The notes below the pieces were generated by a model. The model worked only from the letters and a program-made list of their open reading frames with translations. It was not told the origin of the DNA and did no database searches. The translations under genes and the position numbers were made by a program. Positions 51,913 to 61,768 of a stretch of 64,000 bases of DNA are shown piece after piece; the stretch's first letter is position 1, and each line of letters begins with the position of its first letter. The DNA is taken from NCBI GenBank assembly GCA_963691875.1, contig OY829846.1, positions 2,848,001 through 2,912,000 on the forward strand, read 5' to 3'. The DNA is from Aureliella sp. GTDB lineage: Bacteria > Planctomycetota > Planctomycetia > Pirellulales > Pirellulaceae.

Positions 51913-53436
51913 ATGAGAGATAGTTTTTGCGCTTTGGCCGTACTTTGGTCAGCGATCTGTGCAACACAGCCAGCCTTCTCATATGGTTGGCCGCAGGGCT
52001 CGGGACCTATGGGAACTTATGTTGCCAAAGGCGATGCGCCGGCTAAGTGGAGTGTCGTACATGGGAAGAACATTGCATGGGCAAGAGCTCTGCCTGAAAC
52101 CGGCCAGAGCACGGTCGTGATATTCGATGGCAGACTTTTCTACACCTGTTACCAGCCCTTAATGGCGGACAGCCAGCTAGGTTCGAACATCATCGCTGTT
52201 TGTGCAGATGCCATGAGCGGCAAAGTTCTCTGGCAGAAAACGATCAAAGCCAAGTACCCATTGCGGCTTAGCGGTTGCTTCGCTGATAGCACCTCGCCGC
52301 CAGCTGTGACCGACGGAAAGCGTGTTTGTTTCTTCAATGCCTCGGGAACTGTTGTCTGCTTCGACATGAAGGGCAAGGAACTCTGGCGTCGCGAGACGAT
52401 GGCAGTTGGTCGTTCGCAGCCCTTTCTCGCCAATGGCAAAGTGGTCTACACCAAGCAATCGATTATGCCGGATCAAGGCAAATTTGGTCATGAGCACAAG
52501 AATGCACCGAAAGAATTATGGACGCAGCTGGAGGCCTTTGACTTGACCACCGGAGAGCCTGCGTGGACTTCAGAGTGCGGCGTGAATATGGGAGCAGTCC
52601 CCGTCGCGAGCAAGATGAACGATGGCCGCGAAGTCATCGTACTTGGGCGAGGTGGAGGACACTCTCCACCCGAACGCCCACTAGGCGTCTCAGCCGTCGA
52701 CGGCACGAGCGGAAAGACTTTGTGGACTTTGCCACTGGATGGCTTCATGTCGACTCAGACATTCCCAGTTGCTGATGATCACGCCCTGATCTTTCATGGT
52801 CCCGAACACCTATGGGTCGATCAGGCGGGAAAGATCGCGAAACGAGTGAACTTCTGTACCGATGTGCCGGTTCGTCGCCGGGATGGTTCGACTTGGTGCG
52901 ACACGGTCGAAACCTTGGAGTACAAACCGGGCAAAGGAAGGTCAATTACCCAGCAGTCAAATCTTTTAGTCGGAGACTACCATTACTTCCGCGCCTACAT
53001 GGATCCTTACATTGGGCGTGTGCATGTCGGAACCGGCAAGGTGGAGTATTTGCAACTGCCGGTCCAGCTCATCCGCGAGAAAGGGCAGGACGATCGGCTG
53101 GTATGGGCACTTAAGGATCCTGACTTCGTGCCTGCAGACGTGAAGAATAACGATGGCTTCGTGGTCATGGGCGACAAGCGTTCCCGCACAAATACCTGGG
53201 GGCATCACGCTTCTCCGATCATGACCGTTGTCGGTGATCACCTCTACCTGCCGACCATGGCCGGCACGGTTTACTGCATCCAGTGGAATGCGGAGAAGCT
53301 GGATGAGAAGGCAATTCTTGGGATCAATGACTTGGGGCCGGCAGGCTCCACATGGACTCGAGCCAGTCTGAGCTATGACAACGGCCGGCTTTACGCCCGC
53401 ACCATCAAGCAATTGCTTTGTATCGAATCGCACTGA
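51913..53436 (+). CDS. PQQ-like beta-propeller repeat protein
   Basis: Signal peptide, WPQ..GP, NIAW...LP..GQS, repeated GK.LW blades and C-terminal GRLYART...L.CI. Confidence 0.8.
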   Translation: MRDSFCALAVLWSAICATQPAFSYGWPQGSGPMGTYVAKGDAPAKWSVVHGKNIAWARALPETGQSTVVIFDGRLFYTCYQPLMADSQLGSNIIAVCADAMSGKVLWQKTIKAKYPLRLSGCFADSTSPPAVTDGKRVCFFNASGTVVCFDMKGKELWRRETMAVGRSQPFLANGKVVYTKQSIMPDQGKFGHEHKNAPKELWTQLEAFDLTTGEPAWTSECGVNMGAVPVASKMNDGREVIVLGRGGGHSPPERPLGVSAVDGTSGKTLWTLPLDGFMSTQTFPVADDHALIFHGPEHLWVDQAGKIAKRVNFCTDVPVRRRDGSTWCDTVETLEYKPGKGRSITQQSNLLVGDYHYFRAYMDPYIGRVHVGTGKVEYLQLPVQLIREKGQDDRLVWALKDPDFVPADVKNNDGFVVMGDKRSRTNTWGHHASPIMTVVGDHLYLPTMAGTVYCIQWNAEKLDEKAILGINDLGPAGSTWTRASLSYDNGRLYARTIKQLLCIESH

Positions 53437-53736
53437 GGCGGCGTTTGTTTGGTCAGCGTTGCTGGAAACATCGTTGCGAGTAAGAAATTAGGGACCGACC
53501 CTAGTCATTTAACGAGTTAGCTGCTGCCACGCGTTGGATAGCACTCTTGCTTTTAGCAGAGGGAGTTCGTGATCTTAGTTTTCAAAGCTCACGATTCGAC
53601 AGATGTCGCCTTCGTACGGCATATGTTACTTCCGAACCGATGCGACTATGCTGTTTGTCATGTGAAGCCCAAGCGGCTCATCGACCGGGGCTCGAATGGC
53701 CCATGTGTTCCGCTTTCCTAGCTTGGTGAATGACAA

Positions 53737-55023
53737 ATGAAACCACTCTACAAATTCAGCGCTCGTATCCTGGCTGTGTTTTTGCTCTCCAGTTCGGCCC
53801 AGGCGGATTGGCCGAGTTGGCGCGGTGCAGATGATAATGGCAGCGTTGCTTCGGGAGAGTTTCCTATTGCCTTGAATGAGGCCGCCACGGTCTGGAGGGC
53901 TGACTTACCAGGCAAGGGCTGTTCCACTCCGATCGTTTGGAAGGATCAAATCTTCGTCACGGCTCCTGTCGATGGGAAGGACGCCGTGCTCGCATTCGAC
54001 AATTCTGGTGCGGCACGGTGGCAAGCTGTTTTTGAGAAAGAGACCAAGGGAAAACACCGCAACGGCTCAGGGTGCAATGCGTCGCCAATTACGGATGGAT
54101 CGGGCGTGTTCGTCTACTTTAAGAGCGGCACGCTGGCGGCAGTCAATCTAGAAGGAACGAATCGCTGGCAGACGGACTTGGTGGAGCGTTTCGGACCCGA
54201 CAATCGCTACTGGGACCACGGTACCTCGCCAGTACTGACAAAAGATCACGTCATCATGGCACGGATGCATACCGGTGATTCTTGGCTGGCTGCGTTCGAC
54301 AAGAAAAGCGGCAAGCTGGCTTGGAAGGTTGCACGCAACTACAAAGTGCCGCAGGAATCGGATCAGTGCTATACGACCCCGATCGTCATGCAGCACAATG
54401 GTCGTGAAGTCATCCTGGTCTGGGGCTCGGAGCATTTGACCATGCATGATGCGGCCGATGGCTCAGTGGTTTGGAGCTGCGGAGGGTTTAATCCTGACGC
54501 AAACAAACTATGGCCAGCTATTGCAAATCCGGTGATCGTAGACGACATGGCAGTGATCTGCTTCGGACGCAATGATCGTGGGATACCACGCATGTTTGGG
54601 GTTCGTCTGACAGGAAGTGGCGATGTAACGGAAACCAATCACATCTGGCAGCGAGACGATATCAGCTCCTTTGTTCCTTCGCCGGTTGCTCACAAAGGAC
54701 GCGTCTACTTGGTGCGAGACAAAGGCGAAGTCGAGTGTATTGATCCCGCGACTGGCAAGACGGTTTGGTCCGATCGGTTCCCCAGAAATCGTGCAGCATT
54801 CTACGCATCTCCGCTGATTGCATCGGATGTGTTGTACGCTCCACGCGAAGATGGCAGAGTATTTGTGGCCAGTGTCGTCGGGGATCGCTTTCAGTTGCTT
54901 TCGGAAACTGATTTTGGGCAACCCGTTATCGGATCCCCTGTGCCCGATGGGAATCGCATTTTGATTCGCGGTGAGGAGAACTTGTTCTGCCTCGGCGCTG
55001 ATGAATCAAAAACTGCACCGTAA
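53737..55023 (+). CDS. PQQ-like beta-propeller repeat protein (BamB-like)
   Basis: ADWPSWRG, LPGKGCSTPIVW, SP motifs and GK..W blades; ends ILIRG...L.CL. Confidence 0.85.
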   Translation: MKPLYKFSARILAVFLLSSSAQADWPSWRGADDNGSVASGEFPIALNEAATVWRADLPGKGCSTPIVWKDQIFVTAPVDGKDAVLAFDNSGAARWQAVFEKETKGKHRNGSGCNASPITDGSGVFVYFKSGTLAAVNLEGTNRWQTDLVERFGPDNRYWDHGTSPVLTKDHVIMARMHTGDSWLAAFDKKSGKLAWKVARNYKVPQESDQCYTTPIVMQHNGREVILVWGSEHLTMHDAADGSVVWSCGGFNPDANKLWPAIANPVIVDDMAVICFGRNDRGIPRMFGVRLTGSGDVTETNHIWQRDDISSFVPSPVAHKGRVYLVRDKGEVECIDPATGKTVWSDRFPRNRAAFYASPLIASDVLYAPREDGRVFVASVVGDRFQLLSETDFGQPVIGSPVPDGNRILIRGEENLFCLGADESKTAP

Positions 55024-55040
55024 CTGAATTCTTCGGCTCG

Positions 55041-55820
55041 TCAGTTCGGCCTGATCAGTAGTCGACCGAACCCTCCTGAGCGAGCTGACTCCTCTTCACA
55101 GAGTAAGCGAATGGCACCGTGTTGCTGCGCGTTGGCTTGTAATGACCAGATCGCGGCTCCTTTATTGGCGACGTGAATTGCTTTCGGTTCTGGCAAGGCT
55201 TTTAGGATCCTGCTACAGGTCTCATTGCCATTTTTAACACCAAACCACAGCAGAATATCGATGTCGCCTTCAGAAAGGATTACGTCTGGACCTTCGTCTG
55301 CCTCCAGTCCTAGCGTGATGCCAGCTTGAGCTAAGGCGGTGCGTTCCGAGTCGTCGAGCGAGAGCGAATCAGCGTCTGAGGACTGGAGTTGTTCTTGAAT
55401 GAACTGTCGAGTCAAGTCCTCGCGATCAAGCACCTCGATTACGCGAACGACAATTTCGGTCTTGCCCGTCACAAGGAATTCGCCCCAGCACAAATCCATT
55501 TCTCCTGGAGACTCAATCGAATCGGGAAGGTAGGCCGCATCACGTAGCTGAGCGGGCGGTTCGAGAATCAGTTTGATCGCAGCTGCTTCTTTTTCTTCCG
55601 CGGTTGAGCGTCGTTGTGCTAAGTCCTCTTGAACGGCCAAGTAGATTTCGGCAATACGAATAAACAGTATCATGATGGTCGGGTTCTTGACCATCAGCTC
55701 GGTTTGGACTGCGTATCGCAAGGCCACCCAAATCGTCTCTGGATCGGCACAGCGATACACCCCTGCAGCAACTTGCTCAAAGGCGACAGCACCTGAATCA
55801 TCTTGGTTGGATTGGATCAT
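55041..55820 (-). CDS. Hypothetical acidic protein
   Basis: 259 aa ORF filling the gap between genes; motifs MDLCWGEFLVTG and AAIWSLQANAQQH. Confidence 0.6.
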   Translation of the reverse strand: MIQSNQDDSGAVAFEQVAAGVYRCADPETIWVALRYAVQTELMVKNPTIMILFIRIAEIYLAVQEDLAQRRSTAEEKEAAAIKLILEPPAQLRDAAYLPDSIESPGEMDLCWGEFLVTGKTEIVVRVIEVLDREDLTRQFIQEQLQSSDADSLSLDDSERTALAQAGITLGLEADEGPDVILSEGDIDILLWFGVKNGNETCSRILKALPEPKAIHVANKGAAIWSLQANAQQHGAIRLLCEEESARSGGFGRLLIRPN

Positions 55821-55884
55821 AGGGGCAAGTGGGAATGGTTTGAATTAGAAGAGTATCTGCATCTGCGATCTCATTTCATAATCT

Positions 55885-55900
55885 GACGCGTGAGCGAGGC
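55885..55900. repeat. REP-like repeat arm, reverse orientation
   Basis: gacgcgtgagcgaggc is a 15/16 reverse complement of 56954-56969. Confidence 0.55.
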
Positions 55901-56042
55901 GGCACAGTTGACTATCCTCGTTCACTCTTGGATTGCGATGAAGCCACAAACTTCAATCTCGAGCTCCTAGCGAGAGAGTGTAGTACAACCGCTTTTGATC
56001 CGATATGCTGCTTGGCTTGGATCAGGAGAGAAAGCGGCGTCT

Positions 56043-56915
56043 ATGCTCAGACCAAGAATTATATCGATCGGCGAAGTTCTCTGGGACTTGTTTCCTGATG
56101 GCGAGCGCTTCGGTGGTGCTCCCGCCAACTTCGCTTACCATGCCGCGTTGCAAGGTGCAGAGGTTGCGATGGTAAGCGCGGTCGGCAACGACAAACGGGG
56201 GCATGATGCGATCGAAATCCTCGCTGAATACGGCATCGACGTCAGTCTCGTACAAGGGATCCCTGATGCACCGACTGGAACGGTTGGAATCGAGCTGAAT
56301 GCCCAAGGCAAGCCGACGTTTACGATTCACGAACGTTCAGCCTGGGATCAGCTCGAATGGAATGACGACATTGCCAACTACCTGGCCGCTGCCGACGCAA
56401 TCTGCTTTGGCACATTGGGACAACGCAGTGAGGTGGCGCGTCAGACGATTCGCCAAGCGATTAAGATGGCTGCCGCTAGGGGTATCATATGTGTGGTCGA
56501 CATCAATCTTAGAGCTCCCTTCTTCAACGCCAAAACCGTTCGCGAGTCCATACAGCTCGCAAGTATCTTGAAGCTAAGTGATGAAGAGATTGTGGCAGCC
56601 TGTTCTGCTTGTGGAGTTTCGGATAGTCGCAGTACGTTAGACAGTCTGCGTGCTTTGATTACGTACGGCAATCTTGATAGGGTAGTCATGACGCGCGGGG
56701 CCGAAGGAGCAGTCTTGGTCACCACAGAAGGCGTCATCGAACAACCAGGCATTGCGACAGACATCGTCGACACTGTCGGCGCCGGTGATGCCTTTACTGC
56801 AGCATTTATTATGGGTGAACTTTATCGAGAAGTGCGCGAAACGAATCTGCGCAAGGCCTGCGAGGTCGCGGCCGCGGCCTGTTCGCATGCTGGCGCGATT
56901 CCATCGCGGAAGTAG
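56043..56915 (+). CDS. PfkB family carbohydrate kinase (fructokinase-like)
   Basis: Motifs IGEVLWD, GGAPANFA, VDINLR, MTRGAEGA and DTVGAGDAF. Confidence 0.92.
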   Translation: MLRPRIISIGEVLWDLFPDGERFGGAPANFAYHAALQGAEVAMVSAVGNDKRGHDAIEILAEYGIDVSLVQGIPDAPTGTVGIELNAQGKPTFTIHERSAWDQLEWNDDIANYLAAADAICFGTLGQRSEVARQTIRQAIKMAAARGIICVVDINLRAPFFNAKTVRESIQLASILKLSDEEIVAACSACGVSDSRSTLDSLRALITYGNLDRVVMTRGAEGAVLVTTEGVIEQPGIATDIVDTVGAGDAFTAAFIMGELYREVRETNLRKACEVAAAACSHAGAIPSRK

Positions 56916-56953
56916 AAAGCTTCACATGGTTCCGAAGCAAGGAATGCCTTGTT

Positions 56954-56971
56954 GCCTCGCTCACGCTTCGG
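56954..56971. repeat. REP-like repeat arm
   Basis: gcctcgctcacgcttcgg, with 16 nt identical to 15831-15846. Confidence 0.6.
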
Positions 56972-57094
56972 CTGGTGAGTGAAAAGTCAATTCAGGACGT
57001 CAGTTCGGCTTTACTTCCCCACTCAAGCAAGCAAACTTGTGGGCGGGTTGTGTTGGTGTGACTTCGAACGAAAGCGGATGGAACGGCAAGAGTA

Positions 57095-58903
57095 ATGAAA
57101 TTAACTTCACTTGATTACACGATCATCATCGCATTCTTTGTCGTTTCTACGTTGATCGGCATTATTGCCTCGCGGCGCGCTGGTAAGAGTTTTTCCGAGT
57201 ACTTTCTTGCGGGCGGCAAGATGCCTTGGTGGATGCTTGGGCTGTCGATGGTAGCAACGACTTTTGCTGCTGACACACCGAATCTGGTTACAGGCATTGT
57301 TCGCAAGGACGGCGTTAGTGGAAATTGGGTTTGGTGGGCCTTTCTCCTGACCGGATTTCTCACGGTTTTCGTCTACGCTCGTTTATGGAAACGTAGCGGA
57401 GTTCTTACGGACTTGGAATTCTATGAGATTCGATACAGCGGCGCGCCAGCTGGATTTCTTCGCGGGTTTCGCGCAATCTACCTAGGCGTCGTTTTTAATT
57501 GCTTGGTGATGGCGAATGTGACGCTTGCAGGAATCAAACTTGGTGGCATCTTACTCGGCTGGTCTCCGGTGCAAACCGTATTGATTGCGGGCACGGTAAC
57601 GGTTGCCTACACGTTGATGGGTGGCTTGCGTGGTGTCATTCTGACGGATTGTTTTCAGTTTGTAATGGCGATGGTCGGTGCAATCGCTGCGGCCGCTGTG
57701 GTATGCGATCTGCCTGAAGTCGGAGGTTTTGCGAATCTTCTGGCTCACGAGAATGTTTCGGGCAAGCTCAGTATGCTTCCGGACTTTTCTGACGTGAATG
57801 CACTTATCCCGCTGCTCATTATCCCGCTTGCAGTGCAGTGGTGGAGCAGCTGGTATCCCGGCGCGGAGCCGGGTGGCGGCGGCTATGTTGCTCAGAGGAT
57901 GCTGGGAGCGCGTAGCGAACAGGATGCGACTACAGCTACGCTTTTGTTTCAAGTAGCGCACTACGCACTTCGTCCATGGCCGTGGATTATCGTAGCCTTT
58001 GCATCGTTGGTCGTCTTTCCCGACCTGGATACGATACGAGCTGCGTTTCCAGATATCGACCCAAATATTGTTCAGGACGATCTGGCTTACCCAGCCATGC
58101 TGACCTTCCTTCCGTCAGGCTTGCTAGGAATTGTCATTGCCAGTTTGATGGCGGCATTCATGTCAACGATCTCGACGCAACTAAACTGGGGCTCATCCTA
58201 CCTAGCACATGATTTTTACAGGCGTTTTTTGAAGCCTGAAGCATCGGAGAAGGAACTCGTAACCGTAGGCCGAGTGTCTACGATAGGTTTGATGGTCTTG
58301 TCCGGTGCCCTGGCACTTACACTAGAAAGCGCGATGGAGGGATTCAGTATTCTCCTGCAGATCGGCGCCGGGACAGGGCTGATCTACATCCTTCGTTGGT
58401 TCTGGTGGCGGATCAATGCTTTTACCGAGATCGCAGGCATGGTGGTCTCATTCGCTGTGGCGATGTTTTTTCGCTTTGGCTATCCAGCAATGGGCTGGGA
58501 AAAGCTCGAGGATTGGCAGCAACTAGTGATCGGCGTTTCGATGACAACGGTAGCTTGGTTACTAGCTACCTTTCTTTCGCCGAGCACCGACATGCAAGAC
58601 TTGAAAGACTTTTTCCAAAAGATCCGACCGGGAGGCCCAGGATGGAAGCCGGTCCAACAGGCGTTGGCGGCAGAAGGAAAAGTTGCCGAAGATGGCGAGT
58701 CGATTACCGCTGGTATTCTCGCCATGCTTGCCGCGACCTTCATGACTTATTCCCTGCTGTTTGGAACTGGCTATTTTTTGTACGGTCAGTGGGCCTTGTT
58801 CACGGTGAGTCTAGTTGTAGCGCTAGTTTCCATTTTCACACTGATACGCTGTTGGCCCAGCTTGGAAATGTCAAAAGCTGAAGAGCGAAATGTTATGAGC
58901 TAA
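57095..58903 (+). CDS. Sodium:solute symporter family protein
   Basis: Motifs EYFLAGG.MPWW, SMVATT, GGLRGV..TD, QRML.A and AAFMST; about 14 TM segments. Confidence 0.92.
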   Translation: MKLTSLDYTIIIAFFVVSTLIGIIASRRAGKSFSEYFLAGGKMPWWMLGLSMVATTFAADTPNLVTGIVRKDGVSGNWVWWAFLLTGFLTVFVYARLWKRSGVLTDLEFYEIRYSGAPAGFLRGFRAIYLGVVFNCLVMANVTLAGIKLGGILLGWSPVQTVLIAGTVTVAYTLMGGLRGVILTDCFQFVMAMVGAIAAAAVVCDLPEVGGFANLLAHENVSGKLSMLPDFSDVNALIPLLIIPLAVQWWSSWYPGAEPGGGGYVAQRMLGARSEQDATTATLLFQVAHYALRPWPWIIVAFASLVVFPDLDTIRAAFPDIDPNIVQDDLAYPAMLTFLPSGLLGIVIASLMAAFMSTISTQLNWGSSYLAHDFYRRFLKPEASEKELVTVGRVSTIGLMVLSGALALTLESAMEGFSILLQIGAGTGLIYILRWFWWRINAFTEIAGMVVSFAVAMFFRFGYPAMGWEKLEDWQQLVIGVSMTTVAWLLATFLSPSTDMQDLKDFFQKIRPGGPGWKPVQQALAAEGKVAEDGESITAGILAMLAATFMTYSLLFGTGYFLYGQWALFTVSLVVALVSIFTLIRCWPSLEMSKAEERNVMS

Positions 58904-59481
58904 ACTTCTCGCCGTTTTGTCCCTCGCGTACGCTCCGACGCTTCAGTTTTCATGGTCGTCGATGGTGTTTTCTAAGGTTTCTCGTTTTCGTAGGACCTCA
59001 ACGTGCAAACGCTGCATAAGCCTGAGCGTCAGGCGTATGTTGTCATCGGCGCCGGCTTGCTTTGGCGACGCATTTGAGCGAAGGGAGCTATGCTCCCGAA
59101 TTCGTTACCTCAGCCACTACGGCCGAAACCCTTCTGGACTTACCCTATTGCAGCGTGGAGTTAATGCTGGCATCAGAACGGATTTCAGTCATTTGTTACC
59201 GGCATGTGACTGTCCGGCTAAGTGCCGCTTGACCTGCTCAATTGGCCCAATCAAGTTAAACCTTGGCGGTAACGTCAGTTACGCGATCTTCAAATGCTCG
59301 GGCCGAGCTGCTTTTCCGGCAATTTGCTTGATTTTGAGGCGGACAAATGCGTCAAATCAGTTAACCATGAACTGACTCCTCGCCACCCAAAGGCAGGGGC
59401 CTTCTTGCTTTACGATGACGATGGGCCACTTAAGCCACGTCACGGAACCGATCCTATTTGCGACCCAATTTATCCAGCTCT

Positions 59482-61008
59482 ATGCACATCGAGTCCTTGC
59501 AAAAGTTCTTTGCGACATCGCCAGCAGTCCGTCTGTTGCGATCGCCGCACGCCTTTTGGATCATGGACTTTCTCAACCAGCAATTCAAAGTCGCTGGCAA
59601 AATAACACGGCCACACTCCGAGTTGGCGGTTGAGCTTGACGCCTACCTCGACAATCTCTCCAAAGATGCGATCGTCGGTGAAGCCAAATTCGACTCGCGA
59701 GAAAAGGCGGATACTTACCTGGCAAGTTGGTGTTCTAGCTCTATCGGTTGGCTAAAACGCTTTATCGAAGAAGATGCATCCGAGCCCTATTATCAGCTGA
59801 CGGCCGAGTTCGAAAAAGCCTTGGCCTTTGCTGAAAAAGCAGCTCAGGAAGTAGGCTTCATCGGCACCGAATCACGTCTGCGAAGCATTCTGGAACTGCT
59901 GGGAAACATAGCCTCCGGCGTCAGCGAAGATCCTCAAATCCGCTTGCAGCAACTGGAACAGCAGCGGGATGAAATTGATCGCGAAATGCAGCAACTCCGT
60001 GGGTTGGACAAGGCACCCGCAATGTCGCCCACTCAAGTCCGCGAACGATTCTCAATGGCTTGTCAGCACCTGCACCAACTCAAGAGCGAGTTCCGTGCTG
60101 TTGAAGATCGTTTCAAAGACATCACTCGCAAAGTACAGCAGAAGATCCTTGGAGCCGCTGACTCACGTGGAGACATCCTGCAGTTCGCCCTCGATAGCGA
60201 AGACATGCTGAAACAGGGCGATCAGGGCCAGAGTTTCTTTGAGTTCTTGAAACTCTTGCATTCACCGGAAAGCCAAGATCGCATCAAGGAGCTGATCGAC
60301 GGCCTATATGCGATCGAGGCTCTAGCGAGCGAAGAGTCTGAGCTGAGCTCACTACGCAACATGGTTCCGACTTTGATCGCTGAAGCAGAGAAGATTCTAC
60401 GTACCACCCAACATCTGTCCCACACACTTCGGCGACTACTTGATGCTCGATCGACTCGGCATCACCAGCAGCTCAGCCACCTGCTGCGAGACATCCTTTC
60501 AGCGGCAGCCGCGAGAGCCGAGGATCCGCCGGTCGATATTGGCTTGGACATTGAAGTAGAGCTTGAGATTCAAAGCCCCTTGGATCGGCCTTTCTGGCTT
60601 GCGACCGAGCCATTCGATGAAGTCGATCTGGCTCCAGTGGTTGCTGACGAGGCCGAACAGCAACAAGCTTTAGAACAACTTGTGGCACTGGAGCGGCTCG
60701 ACTGGTCAAGCATGCGACAAAACATCGCCGCTGCGACTCAAGAAACCGAGACCGGTTTGCTCGAGTTGCTCAAGCGAAACCCGATCCAAAGTGGCGCTGT
60801 CGAGATTCTGGGATATCTGCAGATTGCCTACGACGATGGTCACCGGATCGATCGATCGCAGACGCTGGAACTCGCTCCCGAGCAGACAGGCCCACTGGCT
60901 CGCGGACTCCGCGTACCCAACGTCGTGTTCGTCCCTAAGGACCAGCGAAATAGAAAGAGCGGTTTGCGTCAGTCTCCCGAGCCGAACTTGCAGGAAAGTA
61001 CACAATGA
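59482..61008 (+). CDS. jetA: Wadjet subunit JetA (DUF3375)
   Basis: Motifs PAVRLLRSPHA, A..YL..W...GWLKR, GTESRL and DQGQSF..F. First gene of the jet cluster. Confidence 0.85.
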   Translation: MHIESLQKFFATSPAVRLLRSPHAFWIMDFLNQQFKVAGKITRPHSELAVELDAYLDNLSKDAIVGEAKFDSREKADTYLASWCSSSIGWLKRFIEEDASEPYYQLTAEFEKALAFAEKAAQEVGFIGTESRLRSILELLGNIASGVSEDPQIRLQQLEQQRDEIDREMQQLRGLDKAPAMSPTQVRERFSMACQHLHQLKSEFRAVEDRFKDITRKVQQKILGAADSRGDILQFALDSEDMLKQGDQGQSFFEFLKLLHSPESQDRIKELIDGLYAIEALASEESELSSLRNMVPTLIAEAEKILRTTQHLSHTLRRLLDARSTRHHQQLSHLLRDILSAAAARAEDPPVDIGLDIEVELEIQSPLDRPFWLATEPFDEVDLAPVVADEAEQQQALEQLVALERLDWSSMRQNIAAATQETETGLLELLKRNPIQSGAVEILGYLQIAYDDGHRIDRSQTLELAPEQTGPLARGLRVPNVVFVPKDQRNRKSGLRQSPEPNLQESTQ

Positions 61009-61592
61009 TTGAGTCTGTCGAGTCGCTACCAACTTACAAAGATTGGAGCTTCGCCGCAGTACGATTGCTCCAAGGAGCGGTGTACAGCGACGATGCTGCC
61101 TGGGACATCCTGCTGCGTCACCAGACTCCATTGCGAGACTATTTCGCACGCATCGGTTTGCTCTTAGTGGTCGATGAGCCCGAAGGCTTGGCCTACATCC
61201 GGCAGTTGGGCGAGGATGAGGCAGTCGATGACTACGGCACTCTGCCCAAGTTATTTCGTCGTACTCGCCTAGGCTACGACACCACCCTGCTTTGTGTGCT
61301 GCTTCGAGAGCGTTTGCGTCGCTTCGAAGAAGAAGATCTCGACAATCATCGCTGCGTAGTAGATCAGCGTGAATTGCTGGAGAGCTGGAAGAACTTCTTT
61401 CCTGGTAAGGAAGATGAAGTTCGACTGCAGAAGACACTCGACACTGCTTTCCGAAAACTCGAAGGACTAAAGTTTGTCAACCGCTTTGGCGACACTGCTG
61501 GCTGCTGGGAGATTCGTCGAATACTTAAAGCTCGTCTTCCTGTCGATGAGCTAGAGAAACTGAAAGAGCAACTGTCCGCCGAGGCCAAGTAG
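61005..61592 (+). CDS. jetB: Wadjet subunit JetB (DUF4194)
   Basis: Motifs RLLQG.VY, YFARIGL.LVVDE.EG.AY, L.RR..L.Y..TLLCVLLR and EIRRILKA. ATGA overlap with jetA. Confidence 0.85.
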   Translation: MIESVESLPTYKDWSFAAVRLLQGAVYSDDAAWDILLRHQTPLRDYFARIGLLLVVDEPEGLAYIRQLGEDEAVDDYGTLPKLFRRTRLGYDTTLLCVLLRERLRRFEEEDLDNHRCVVDQRELLESWKNFFPGKEDEVRLQKTLDTAFRKLEGLKFVNRFGDTAGCWEIRRILKARLPVDELEKLKEQLSAEAK

Positions 61593-61768
61593 TAAAACAA
61601 GATCGAAGCTGATCCCACAATTGCGCGAGGCTCAGCCGTAGCGTTACCGATCGTTTGACGCCCAGCCGTAAGCGCCGGCTTGCCTTGTTTACGACTACAG
61701 AACTCGACAAAACACATAACCTGCGACCACAAACTAACCAAGTGAAGACCTAGAAGAAGCAAAGTCAG

